Counted from the stretch's first letter, positions 9,765 to 20,918 are shown. The stretch: DNA of 64,000 nt from Candidatus Thalassarchaeum betae (GCA_022447095.1 JAKUUP010000001.1:8934-72933), one strand, 5' to 3'. The notes: a model not told the origin generated them from the sequence alone. Numbers and translations: made by a program.

Positions 9765-11117
9765 CTACTCGGTCTTCCCCTGCCACCAAGAGACCAACCC
9801 GCTGGCGCCGGCCGGGTTAGAGACTCCCTCCATCCCACACCCGAGCAGCGCTATGCGCTCCAGAGTGTCGCGCACGGCAGCGGGGTGCTGACCGGATCTG
9901 ACTATCTGACCCATAGCGAAGCGCGGGTGGGTTTCGGGATTGGCTTCTATCCACTTCAAAATGGCTTGCCTGAGCGGCCATATCACCAATACCAGTATCC
10001 CGAGGGTGCGATATCGCCCCCTTAACTGCGAGCGGGGGGCATCACGCCCGAGCAAGGTCTTGTGCTTGTGAACCCAGTCCGTTCTTTCATGGAGGAACTT
10101 GACGAGTCTCTGAGTGTGGCGCTCGGACACGGCCCTGACTGGCCCGAGCGCTCGACGTAGTTCCCTCACATCTGCTGATTGCATCAGAGAGAGGGTCCCG
10201 CAGATGGCCGACATCGAATGCGAGAGGATGCTCTTAGGAACGTCCACTCTGGCATCTTCGCTAACTTCTTCCAAAGCGGCATCGTGTTCTGACTGAGCAT
10301 CGTTGAGTACCTTCCAAGGCGAATTGCCGCTCAACCAGTCGCCCTTGGTGCGTGCGGGCTCGACGCCCAGTCCGGTCAGTGTGGTCTGGCCCTTTGAAAT
10401 GTGGAGAAGTCGCCTTAGGAGGTGCCTCTCAACGACTTCGGTGTCGACATTTATTGGAAGTGGTTTGGAGTGCACGAACTTCCGGACGCTACTAATCAGA
10501 GTCCGGCAGAACTCGGCCTCAGTACCCTCATTCAGAATAGGCCCGATGACGGCACCCATATCGAAGGGAGTGGGCATCTCCAGTTCGCCTGACAACAGTG
10601 AGGTGTAGCCTGCTCTGATACGCTGCTGCAGCTCCGTCGTCTCGAAGTATTCCCCTTTCTCAGTCAGCGCTCTCAGGCTCCCGCTCTTGATCCTCTTCAA
10701 TGCGACCTCGGGATCGCAATCAACCCAGATACAGAGGTCAGGGACCAGTGCAGCTGAGTTCATGTGGGCGACCCTGTCGATTCCGAGGTCGCCGACGAGT
10801 CCCTGATAGACGATTGAGGAGTGTATATTGCGCTCGCTGACTACAACCTTGCCCTCTTCGAGACGAGGTAGTATCCAACCGTGAGAGTGATCTACCCTGT
10901 CGGCTGCAAAAAGGCCAGCCTCCTGTTCTGGGGTCATGGTCTTCCTGCGTACGGCCTCGATTGCCAGTCGTCCCAGAGGGTGTTTTCTCCTAGGCTCCCC
11001 GGTAATCTCTACGGCAGCGAACGAGAACTCCTTGCTCAGGAGTTCAGAGACGACCTTTGTCGCCAGTCCCTTGCCGCTCCCATCGCCGCCTTCTATGGTA
11101 ATCAGGTACACGGGCAA
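9765..11117 (-). CDS. Thymidylate-kinase-like P-loop protein fused to a ~240-aa uncharacterised C-terminal domain
   Basis: The N-terminal ~200 aa carry ITIEGGDGSGKG (P-loop), GEPRR, LFAADRVDH and SERNIHSSIVYQG, which is the dTMP kinase pattern. I recognised no motif in the rest. It lies 8 nt downstream of the preceding gene in the same operon. Confidence 0.6.
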   Translation of the reverse strand: MPVYLITIEGGDGSGKGLATKVVSELLSKEFSFAAVEITGEPRRKHPLGRLAIEAVRRKTMTPEQEAGLFAADRVDHSHGWILPRLEEGKVVVSERNIHSSIVYQGLVGDLGIDRVAHMNSAALVPDLCIWVDCDPEVALKRIKSGSLRALTEKGEYFETTELQQRIRAGYTSLLSGELEMPTPFDMGAVIGPILNEGTEAEFCRTLISSVRKFVHSKPLPINVDTEVVERHLLRRLLHISKGQTTLTGLGVEPARTKGDWLSGNSPWKVLNDAQSEHDAALEEVSEDARVDVPKSILSHSMSAICGTLSLMQSADVRELRRALGPVRAVSERHTQRLVKFLHERTDWVHKHKTLLGRDAPRSQLRGRYRTLGILVLVIWPLRQAILKWIEANPETHPRFAMGQIVRSGQHPAAVRDTLERIALLGCGMEGVSNPAGASGLVSWWQGKTE

Positions 11118-11125
11118 ACCTCAAA

Positions 11126-11866
11126 CTAATCCTCTGTATGGTCTGTGAACTGATCCCTAGCCAAATGCGTCATTCCCATACCGAGGAGGATGAACATAGG
11201 ACCTATGAAAAGCATGCCTCGGCTCCAAAGTCCGAAGAAAGAGAGCCACCATGTGCGACGGTAGTGGTCGCCCCGGTAAGCCTCCAAGCCGCCCACCATC
11301 CCGGCGAGTCCGGCCAATAACGTCAGTCCGGCGATGGTGGTGCCGATTAGCACCGACTCGGCGAGATGGCTCTCGCCGGTCATGTCGGACTCGTAAAGCC
11401 CGTCACCCTGGGTGAGAGTGATAGATATCTGGGCGTGATCTCCCGGAATAAGCAGTATCCTGACCGTAACGTTCTCAGGGTGGTCGACAAGTAGTGTCGA
11501 AGCGCGTCTGGGAACATCCTCGACCGAGAATCTCCCTCCTGAGTCAGTGAAATCGTGGCCTATCTCAAGTTCGTCCGAATCGAGGATACTGACCTTAACG
11601 CCCTCGACAGGGTCGCCTCCAGTAGTGTTGTCCTCCAACGCCGTGTTCACCATTCCATTGACATCGGCGACACCATCGGAACTGTCGAGTTGGCCGGTAA
11701 GAATCTCGCCGACGTCGGCAGATATCAGAGCGACTCCGAGTATTGCCCCTAGCAGACTACCGATGAATATCATCAGCGCCCCGGCGACTCTGGTCGCAGA
11801 GTCTATCGAGAGGTCGTGCAGCCATAGTTCCATGGCACTGTAATCGTCGAACTCGTCGTCGCTCAT
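11126..11866 (-). CDS. Hypothetical membrane protein with carboxypeptidase-regulatory-like beta domain
   Basis: TM helices flank GVKVSILDSDELEIGHDFTDSGGRFSVEDVP. ATGA start/stop overlap with the upstream glutaminyl cyclase gene. Confidence 0.4.
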   Translation of the reverse strand: MSDDEFDDYSAMELWLHDLSIDSATRVAGALMIFIGSLLGAILGVALISADVGEILTGQLDSSDGVADVNGMVNTALEDNTTGGDPVEGVKVSILDSDELEIGHDFTDSGGRFSVEDVPRRASTLLVDHPENVTVRILLIPGDHAQISITLTQGDGLYESDMTGESHLAESVLIGTTIAGLTLLAGLAGMVGGLEAYRGDHYRRTWWLSFFGLWSRGMLFIGPMFILLGMGMTHLARDQFTDHTED

Positions 11867-12849
11867 CGGGCTTCACCTCCTTCTTGCTTCTCCTCGCTGG
11901 GAGCCGGCGGCTGTTCAGTTTGCCGCCTAGCGAACATCAGGACAAAGAATTGTACGATTGCGCTCAGAACACGCATAGAACTCAGGATAATGACCAATGC
12001 TGCAATCAGGAGGACCGGTAATATTCCCTCCAGGATACTCAACGGCAGAGGTTCCGAGGTGTTATTGTCGGATGGTGTCTGAGAGTTCTCGAACGAAACC
12101 AAGTGCATCGAGGTCCAGTACTTGCCGGTAATCATGAATGCATCCCGATCTGGGAAGTAGGCTATCCCGTTCAACACGTCAGATTCGTTCTCAGCCAGAA
12201 TCGAGGCGTCTATGGAGGACTCGACCTCGCCGGTGGTCTTGTCGATGGCGATGATAGAATCGCTGCCCCATACGTTCGCATATACCGTCTGACCGACGCA
12301 CTCAAGCTCGTTGAGCAAGTCCACCTCGGTGCCTTGATTAGTTACGGTGAGCGTTGCTTCAATGGAAAAGTTGGATGGATTCCTGAAAGCCAGATCTGAA
12401 GTTCCGTTAGACATAATCAGATGGTTCCCGTCGTAGCACAGCCCCCAGCCCTCGCCGGAGTACGTGTGATTAGCAATGACCTCGAGTGTCCCGATATCGA
12501 AAACCAACGCAATCTCCTCCTTCCAAGTGAGCATCACGATAGTGTTCCCAACAACGGTGATACCCTCGCCGAACAAGCTCTGGTCGAGTCGTGTCTGGCG
12601 AAGCACCTCTCCGCTCGAAGGATCCACCTCTCTAAGGCTGGAGTTGCCGTAAAGACCAGTGCTCTCGTATAGTGAGCCGTCGTACATTTCCAATCCCTGA
12701 GTGAACGCCTCATCGTCGTGGGAATGAGACGATATGACGTGCAATTCGATCGCTTCTGGGCCACCTTCAGCAGCGACAGGTGCGAATGTCAGAAGCAGTG
12801 CGACCAGTAGAGCCGGGAAGCCTCGTGGTGCAGGGTCGGGCCGAATCAT
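11863..12849 (-). CDS. Glutaminyl-peptide cyclotransferase (beta-propeller, plant/bacterial type), secreted with C-terminal TM anchor
   Basis: FTQGLEMYDGSLYESTGLYGNSSLREVDPSSGEVL matches the Glu_cyclase_2 signature. Start chosen at MIRPDPAPRGFPALLVALLLTFAPVAA (signal peptide), with a TATA-like box centred about 27 nt upstream. An alternative ATG lies at 12867. The ORF-track start at 13140 overlaps the divergent gene. Confidence 0.7.
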   Translation of the reverse strand: MIRPDPAPRGFPALLVALLLTFAPVAAEGGPEAIELHVISSHSHDDEAFTQGLEMYDGSLYESTGLYGNSSLREVDPSSGEVLRQTRLDQSLFGEGITVVGNTIVMLTWKEEIALVFDIGTLEVIANHTYSGEGWGLCYDGNHLIMSNGTSDLAFRNPSNFSIEATLTVTNQGTEVDLLNELECVGQTVYANVWGSDSIIAIDKTTGEVESSIDASILAENESDVLNGIAYFPDRDAFMITGKYWTSMHLVSFENSQTPSDNNTSEPLPLSILEGILPVLLIAALVIILSSMRVLSAIVQFFVLMFARRQTEQPPAPSEEKQEGGEAR

Positions 12850-12872
12850 GTACGAACGATGCTCCATCGATG

Positions 12873-12882
12873 TTAAAATAGG
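12873..12882. promoter_or_regulatory. TATA-like element TTAAAATAGG in the 76-bp divergent spacer between the glutaminyl cyclase and metallopeptidase genes
   Basis: It is the only AT-rich element in the spacer. It is centred about 27 nt from the ATG at 12849 (minus) and about 49 nt from the ATG at 12926 (plus). Confidence 0.35.
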
Positions 12883-12925
12883 TCTTTGAGCAGATTGAAC
12901 CTGAATACAACACGGAGTGTTGAAC

Positions 12926-15900
12926 ATGGAAGGAACCAGAACAGCGGTCTCATACAGAACGCCTCTGCTGCTCATCGTGACCATGCTACTCGCTAGCCTC
13001 GCCCCTATGGCTCTGGCAGAGCCTGAGTCAGATGAACTGTTTCTTGAAGTCATGTCAGGTGACCTGACGGACTTCACTCCCTCTATTGAGGGCAAGCAGT
13101 ACATGTTCACCAAGGATGCCGAGCCAGTCTTCTCAGCCACTGGCTTCCTGAAGATGGAATGGAAGAACTCAGGCTATCCTGGGCTGGTCCTTCCATTCTC
13201 GCCCGGTTATCTCAACTCGAGATCCTCGGCCCGCTCTTGCGAGGATGCTTGGAGCCACGGTGACACGGGGAACATCTCAACTGCCAGCGGGACGGTGGCT
13301 GTGACAGTACAGAAGATATCGGCCAACTCGGCCATACTGGTGGAGGACGGGCAGATCATCTCCTCAACCACCCTCAACGACATTGCCTCGACCTGGGAAT
13401 CAACCATCTATCCGACAGACACCACATATTTCGGCACACCTCCGGACGTAGACAACAACTGTCAAATCGAGATCGCCCTAATCTCGATTGATGGAGCCGG
13501 GGGTACGGGCGGTTACTTCTCCCCTGGAATCTCATCCGTCAGAGAGTCCGTTTTCGTCGACGTCGACGATCTGAGTTGGAGGAATACCATCCTAGCACAC
13601 GAGTTTCAGCACCTGCTGCACAGCGCTCGTGACCCCTACGAGTTTCTGTGGATTGACGAAGGCGCGGCCGACATGGCCGCATACCTCTGCTTCGGAGTCA
13701 CAGACACGTTGACCGGCCACGCCAACGCATGGTCGCAGGACAGCAGCCTCAGCGTGCGGTGGTGGAACGGGAGGATAGCCGACTACGGTGCTGGTTTCAT
13801 GTTCCTGATGTACCTCGCTGACAAGCTCGGTGGCGGGGCCGCGATTCAACGCCTCGTAGCTGACACCGCCACAGGAGGGGCTGCTATCGAGAACCTCGCG
13901 CAGAATCCCGAGACTGGCGCTACTGCCATCGGGGTCACGATGAGCGAGATTTACGCCAACTTCAGTGCCGCCGTCTCCCTAGACAGTGCGCAGGGAGCAT
14001 TCGGATTCTCAAACCTTGACCTAACCTCGGGGTGTATAGCCGCATATGTCTGCAAAGCCCAGATGAGCGGTTACAACGACCACTGGGTGAACGACTGGAA
14101 CAGTTCCAGCCAGAGCATCGAGGGCTGGGGAATGAGAGCCTACAAGTTCGCTCAAGGCTCCGGAGCCCCTCTCAATTTGATGGTACAACCAACTCAATTC
14201 GGCTTCGATGGTGCCATCATGGCCAAGGATGCTGACACCGGAACTTGGTCAATGAGCAGCCTGAGAATGGACTCTGGGACAGGGGCCGGAACGGGACTCG
14301 TTCACGGTTTTGGTAACACCACTGATGAGGTCTGGCTGCTGACATGGTATGAGTCGATGGTCAGCGACTGTGATTACAACTACGCCAGCTGTGGCATCAC
14401 CACCGGCGCCTACCCCACCGCGTCGCTGACTGTCTATGCCGGTCTTATCACGGACCCGGCTGAGGTGTCGATCGATGCCATAACTCCCTTTGACAGAGAC
14501 GGAAACAACCTCGATGACAGCGTACAAATTGATCTCGATGTGCTATCGAACGCGTTCTTCGAGATACTCGAGGTCACGGCCGTGGCCTATGTCAACAACA
14601 CACTGACTGACTCTGTTGTGTTCGACATTACCGCCGGCAACAACGTACCTTCTCCGAGGAGTGTCTGGTTCACACCGCCATCCTCGGGAGAATGGACATT
14701 CGGAATCAGTATCCGCGATGTTACCGGGGAGGTCGTCGACCAAGCATTCGCCTTACCAATGACCATTGCTAACATGGAACCAACCACCTCAGGGTCGATG
14801 TCCACCTCGATAACTCAGACATGGCTCCCCATAAGCATGTTCGGCTCTGGCTATGACTCATGGGGCTTCGGCCAAATTAACGGTACTTTCAGCCACAACG
14901 AGACACCGACAGGGTACGTCTGGGATCTCGGTGACAACAATTCTTCTGGTCTGAAGAACCCCGTCCATTCCTACCTCAATCCAGGGGATTACCAGATTAT
15001 CTTGGTGGTACAGGACCAAGGGGGGTACTACTCCGAACCACAATCTTGGAACATCTCGGTCAATGACACCTCCGACCCAGTCCCGGAAATCTCTGTCGAT
15101 GGAGTGGTGATAACCGACGAACTTGTGCTACTGACGGACCAGAGGGTGCAATTCTCTGCGAGAGGTACCACGGACAACGTCCCTCTAGAGCAACTCGGTT
15201 TCACCTGGAACTGGGGTGATGGTCAGTCTGAGTCGGGGCAAGGTCTCACTGAGTCCGGGCACTCTTGGGTCGACGGTAGTGCCGATGGGATCGTCTATAC
15301 GCTCATCCTGACCGTTGATGACGGTAACCACATCGTCGAGCATTCGCTGTACATCAGAGTACTGAACCGCCTGCCTAAGCAAATCTTCGACGAGCCGCTA
15401 CAAACCTACACACTGACACCGCTGACAATGCCAACCGTCTTCGAGGACTCCGATGGGATGATTGTGGAGTATTCTTGGTACTTTGAGGGCGGCGTCAATC
15501 TCGGTGGCTCGGGAATGAGTCTGACCTCCAACTTCTCCGAAACCGAGTCAATACTCCAAAACCCGAGCGTCGGATGGCTGGAACCGGGGATGAAGAACGT
15601 CACAATCGAAGTCACCGATGACGATGGAAACTCGTCTGTCACTATCCTCCAAGTGCAAGTGCTGAACCAGCGTCCAGTGGCCGTCTTCTCGAGACCTGTA
15701 GACGGCACTGTAGAAACCACTTACACCTTTGAGAGCGAGTCATTCGATCCTGACGGCGACACCTCCCTGCTTCAGACAATTTGGGAGATATCGGGGCTCA
15801 ACGAGCCAGTGTACAATGTCTCTTCGGTCAGTCACACCTTCCTTGAGCCAGGTCTGTACGTAATTGCCCTAACCGTAATCGACGACAGGGGTCTGTCTTC

Positions 15901-17032
15901 GGCTACTAAGTCATACTCCATCAGGATAGAGAACCCTCTGCCGGTACCCGAACTCACCTTCAGTTGCCCCAGCGTCAACGGGACCGTTCTGGATGGCATT
16001 CCTGAGGATATGGGGATCGTGGTCTGGCAGGTTCCGCATACTCACGATGGCAGCGCATTCGTTGCACCTGGCGACCCGATAAGGTTCGACGGTTCCGATA
16101 GTTACGACGCCGACCCTTTGTTCATCGGCAGGACATCGACCGACCCAAGCGACTCTGAATGGAATGGAATCGTTTCATGGATCTGGGACTTCGGTGACGC
16201 CAGTCCACCAATACACGGCCCCGTGGTCTGGCACGCTTACGAGATACCGGGAACCTATACTGTCACTCTAACCGTAGTAGACGGTTTCGAGGGGGGCGAG
16301 ACCAACACCACCTCGCTGACCGTGCACGTCTCCGTGGCACCGACTATCCTGACGAGCGATCCGATTTCAGCCGATTACGTTACTCTTGGAGACTTGGTTC
16401 TATTGAATGCCAGTGCCACCGACGCCGACCTGACGAACGGCATAGTGGCGTGGCTTGATGTCGATGCTTCTGACGACAGCGATGGAGATGGCGATCCATC
16501 GAACGACCGAGACAGGTCTCTGACCGGACCCCTGACCGTCAGATGGGACCTCAACGCAATGGATGACACCAATCTGGACGGCGACTATCGCAATGACTGG
16601 CTCTGGGGGAATCAGACTTGGAACCAGCCTGGTGAAATCAGAGTAGTGATGCAGGTATGCGACGGAGTCAATGTCTGCTCCTCCGAGGACTACGTCATCA
16701 CCGTGCTAGCCATTCAAGAGGATGATAGTCCTATGTCCCTAGCTGACCTCACTTGGAGTGATCTCGTGCCCGACAGGAAGAGTGGGGGGTTGCTGGCCCT
16801 CGTTGCAACCGTCCTCTTGCTCGGGTGGATAATTATGAGGCAGAAGGACGAGGACGAGTTAGACGCCGAAGAGATGCTGGAGACCTACGATGTCGCTGAG
16901 GTGGAGGTCGAAGGAGGTCTGCCGGGAATGGACCAGCACAATCCTCCGCCTCAACCGAAGTACTTGACTGTCGAAGAGCGAAGAAACAAGGAGTCCGGAT
17001 ACATCCGACCTATCCGGACGAGGAGGCGCTGA
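12926..17032 (+). CDS. Secreted gluzincin-type metallopeptidase with about six PKD-like domains and a C-terminal TM anchor
   Basis: Signal peptide (…LLASLAPMALA). HEFQH-x15-E within …LWIDEGAAD is an HExxH + E pattern like M1-type WLNEGFA. PKD-like blocks include GYVWDLGDNNSS…HSYLNPGDYQIILVVQDQGG and WIWDFGDASPP…HAYEIPGTYTVTLTVVDG. TM helix GGLLALVATVLLLGWIIM followed by a charged tail. Confidence 0.7.
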   Translation: MEGTRTAVSYRTPLLLIVTMLLASLAPMALAEPESDELFLEVMSGDLTDFTPSIEGKQYMFTKDAEPVFSATGFLKMEWKNSGYPGLVLPFSPGYLNSRSSARSCEDAWSHGDTGNISTASGTVAVTVQKISANSAILVEDGQIISSTTLNDIASTWESTIYPTDTTYFGTPPDVDNNCQIEIALISIDGAGGTGGYFSPGISSVRESVFVDVDDLSWRNTILAHEFQHLLHSARDPYEFLWIDEGAADMAAYLCFGVTDTLTGHANAWSQDSSLSVRWWNGRIADYGAGFMFLMYLADKLGGGAAIQRLVADTATGGAAIENLAQNPETGATAIGVTMSEIYANFSAAVSLDSAQGAFGFSNLDLTSGCIAAYVCKAQMSGYNDHWVNDWNSSSQSIEGWGMRAYKFAQGSGAPLNLMVQPTQFGFDGAIMAKDADTGTWSMSSLRMDSGTGAGTGLVHGFGNTTDEVWLLTWYESMVSDCDYNYASCGITTGAYPTASLTVYAGLITDPAEVSIDAITPFDRDGNNLDDSVQIDLDVLSNAFFEILEVTAVAYVNNTLTDSVVFDITAGNNVPSPRSVWFTPPSSGEWTFGISIRDVTGEVVDQAFALPMTIANMEPTTSGSMSTSITQTWLPISMFGSGYDSWGFGQINGTFSHNETPTGYVWDLGDNNSSGLKNPVHSYLNPGDYQIILVVQDQGGYYSEPQSWNISVNDTSDPVPEISVDGVVITDELVLLTDQRVQFSARGTTDNVPLEQLGFTWNWGDGQSESGQGLTESGHSWVDGSADGIVYTLILTVDDGNHIVEHSLYIRVLNRLPKQIFDEPLQTYTLTPLTMPTVFEDSDGMIVEYSWYFEGGVNLGGSGMSLTSNFSETESILQNPSVGWLEPGMKNVTIEVTDDDGNSSVTILQVQVLNQRPVAVFSRPVDGTVETTYTFESESFDPDGDTSLLQTIWEISGLNEPVYNVSSVSHTFLEPGLYVIALTVIDDRGLSSATKSYSIRIENPLPVPELTFSCPSVNGTVLDGIPEDMGIVVWQVPHTHDGSAFVAPGDPIRFDGSDSYDADPLFIGRTSTDPSDSEWNGIVSWIWDFGDASPPIHGPVVWHAYEIPGTYTVTLTVVDGFEGGETNTTSLTVHVSVAPTILTSDPISADYVTLGDLVLLNASATDADLTNGIVAWLDVDASDDSDGDGDPSNDRDRSLTGPLTVRWDLNAMDDTNLDGDYRNDWLWGNQTWNQPGEIRVVMQVCDGVNVCSSEDYVITVLAIQEDDSPMSLADLTWSDLVPDRKSGGLLALVATVLLLGWIIMRQKDEDELDAEEMLETYDVAEVEVEGGLPGMDQHNPPPQPKYLTVEERRNKESGYIRPIRTRRR
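14864..16712 (+). other. Tandem PKD-like Ig-fold domain region inside the metallopeptidase CDS
   Basis: Repeated W-x-(F/W)-GDG…H-x-(Y/F)…G-x-Y-x-(V/I)-x-L-x-V-x-D blocks at the protein level. These are not DNA-level repeats. Confidence 0.6.
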
Positions 17033-17034
17033 GC

Positions 17035-17937
17035 GTGAGGAACGGCCCTAGGAAACTCACTGCGACCCTGATTAACCTCTGTCTGCTCCTGCCTACGGTT
17101 GCCGTGTTCATCGCCGTCATTGCAGCCCCAATCGCATCGGCGGAGGCTTCCTGCGATGTGCCACCGAGTGGCATACCCTCAATCGACCAATACTTTGAGG
17201 AACACAGCGTCGAGGACGGCTGGGGCATTTGGTGGGAGGGCGGTAGCGAAGATCTAAGATCACTCGATGTGAGTTTCAGCACTGAGATGGAGATAGAAAA
17301 TGACAGCGCCAACGCCATCAGCATGGAACTGGTACCTGGCTACCGGTACACCTTCTGCATCAACCTCGTAGCCGACTCTGCCTCCCCTCCCAGCATGGGG
17401 GCGATAGGTGACGTCTACCTGATGACTGAGAGCAACTGGAACCGCTATACTAACAGTTACGCCGACAGAGAGTGGGAGGACCTTGAAGAGGTGATCGACA
17501 CAATGCCGGTGGAGTGGCGAGACATGTTCGTCTGGCTCCCTTTCAGAGACGTCCACTTCTACGAGAGCGTTTCCAGCGAGGTCTTCTCAGTGGCGATCGA
17601 CTCCAGCGGCTCGTTGTGGTCGTCAGTCGACTGGTTTGATAGTGGTGATGCGAAGTACTACCTCGTTGTCGATGGATGGGACAACGGCAGGCCCGCCGAC
17701 CGAGGTGCGGCCGGAGGGACCATGCAAGTGGAGATTCTCGTAGATGTTGAGGAGCGGACGACTCTTCCTAGTTTCATCGCATACATCCTCATAGCAGCTC
17801 TGCCACTGGCCTGCATCATAGCTCCTCTGATAATTCACAGCAGGTACATGAGTGCGGGCCTTGGTGACAATGAGGAAGAGTTTCGCCATGTACCCTATCT
17901 GGAAGACGAGAGCGACGAACGCGATGGCGCCGGCTAA
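17035..17937 (+). CDS. Hypothetical secreted protein with C-terminal TM anchor
   Basis: GTG start 3 nt after the metallopeptidase stop. Signal peptide (…VIAAPIASA). TM helix near the C-terminus and an acidic tail. No recognisable motif. Confidence 0.4.
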   Translation: MRNGPRKLTATLINLCLLLPTVAVFIAVIAAPIASAEASCDVPPSGIPSIDQYFEEHSVEDGWGIWWEGGSEDLRSLDVSFSTEMEIENDSANAISMELVPGYRYTFCINLVADSASPPSMGAIGDVYLMTESNWNRYTNSYADREWEDLEEVIDTMPVEWRDMFVWLPFRDVHFYESVSSEVFSVAIDSSGSLWSSVDWFDSGDAKYYLVVDGWDNGRPADRGAAGGTMQVEILVDVEERTTLPSFIAYILIAALPLACIIAPLIIHSRYMSAGLGDNEEEFRHVPYLEDESDERDGAG

Positions 17938-18755
17938 GCGACTTCATATTCAAGCAACTGCCACGCAGTCCGTAGGTCTGATGCATTGATTCGTCCTTGC
18001 CTAGATAGATGCCATCCCGTCTCCATTGTCGTGTAGACCATGGCCTGCCCCAGCAAGGGGGCGTGTATTCGAGTCCAGTCACCGCCCGAGCCCGAGCCCA
18101 TGATCGCGTTGGGAGTGTCTGAGCCGTTTAGAGACCAAGCGGCCTCAAAGAGGCGCAGACCGTCGTGCCGGCCCAAGGTACGGTAGCACATCTTCACTAT
18201 CTCGCCGGCATCAGAGTTGTCCTCAACATCCTGAATGATCTCCGATGCCGATGGAGGTTGCTCCGATGTGTGGTGAGAGGCGATTATTCTGGTCTTGCCC
18301 CCTGCTGAATCAACCAGTGACTTGCGAGACTTACGCTCTATGTCCAACTCAAGGTCGACCCAACTTACGCCACTTTCAATTGCAGCAGACAGAATCTCGA
18401 TGCGCTGTTCCTCGGTGCCGGGATAATGCCCTCCCTGGCGATTTGGACGGCAGGTGAGCACCACGGGCAACTCGATACCCTGCTTGAGGGAAGCGAGCGC
18501 TGTATGGACATCTACCGAGTCCAATGGCTGTGGTATCATCTCTGGCTCTACGAACTTGGGACGAACGTACTCGCCCCTGCCTTCCTCCGTCTCTTCCTCA
18601 CGAGGTTCTGGCTCAGGAATCTGCTCGACTACCCATAGTTTGTCCAGTCTGATCTCCACAAGGTCGGCCCCCGTGGCTGTGGCCATCGCAGCGTCCTTCA
18701 GCATCTCATCGACAGTGCACCCACTCAGAGTCACACAGATGAGGGGTCGAGCCAT
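17934..18755 (-). CDS. aroD: 3-dehydroquinate dehydratase, type I
   Basis: MARPLICVTLSGCTVDEM…GADLVEIRLDKL, RIIASHHTSEQPP and GEIVKMCYR fit type I DHQase. Start set at the internal ATG because the ORF-track start (19049) would overlap gyrB. Confidence 0.75.
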   Translation of the reverse strand: MARPLICVTLSGCTVDEMLKDAAMATATGADLVEIRLDKLWVVEQIPEPEPREEETEEGRGEYVRPKFVEPEMIPQPLDSVDVHTALASLKQGIELPVVLTCRPNRQGGHYPGTEEQRIEILSAAIESGVSWVDLELDIERKSRKSLVDSAGGKTRIIASHHTSEQPPSASEIIQDVEDNSDAGEIVKMCYRTLGRHDGLRLFEAAWSLNGSDTPNAIMGSGSGGDWTRIHAPLLGQAMVYTTMETGWHLSRQGRINASDLRTAWQLLEYEVA

Positions 18756-18806
18756 TCGCCCGCTCCACCTTGGCGTTCTGTTTAACCGTGTCGTGGAGGC
18801 AGGAGA

Positions 18807-18822
18807 CAGGCCTTTAGGCCTG
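18807..18822. promoter_or_regulatory. 16-bp perfect palindrome CAGGCCTTTAGGCCTG in the aroD/gyrB divergent intergenic region
   Basis: Read directly and cross-checked against the antisense ORF translation (…SGLKAC…). Confidence 0.3.
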
Positions 18823-18832
18823 AAATCGGTCG

Positions 18833-18840
18833 AAAATAGG
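18833..18840 (+). promoter_or_regulatory. TATA-like box AAAATAGG upstream of gyrB
   Basis: Same W-rich-TAGG motif as seen upstream of several other genes in this window. Confidence 0.3.
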
Positions 18841-18854
18841 CAATTTTCTCTGTT

Positions 18855-18892
18855 TTGGGGGTCCCTTTCAGGAGGGTTGAAGAACCCCCCAA
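18855..18892 (+). promoter_or_regulatory. Stem-loop TTGGGGG…CCCCCAA with an inner CCCT/AGGG stem, in the gyrB leader
   Basis: 7-bp outer stem and 4-bp inner stem, read directly. Confidence 0.3.
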
Positions 18893-18915
18893 GCACACGA
18901 TTGTAGTGATATGCT

Positions 18916-20909
<1,994 letters not shown>

Positions 20910-20918
20910 GGTAACAGT

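Noticed and set aside
12850-13140. 97-codon N-terminal extension of the glutaminyl cyclase ORF, as listed in the ORF track.
   Set aside because: It would overlap the divergent metallopeptidase start and the only promoter-like element. An internal Met gives a clean signal peptide.
14864-16712. DNA-level tandem repeat or mobile repeat in the metallopeptidase gene.
   Set aside because: Repetition is at the protein-domain level (divergent PKD-like modules). I saw no long identical nucleotide repeats.
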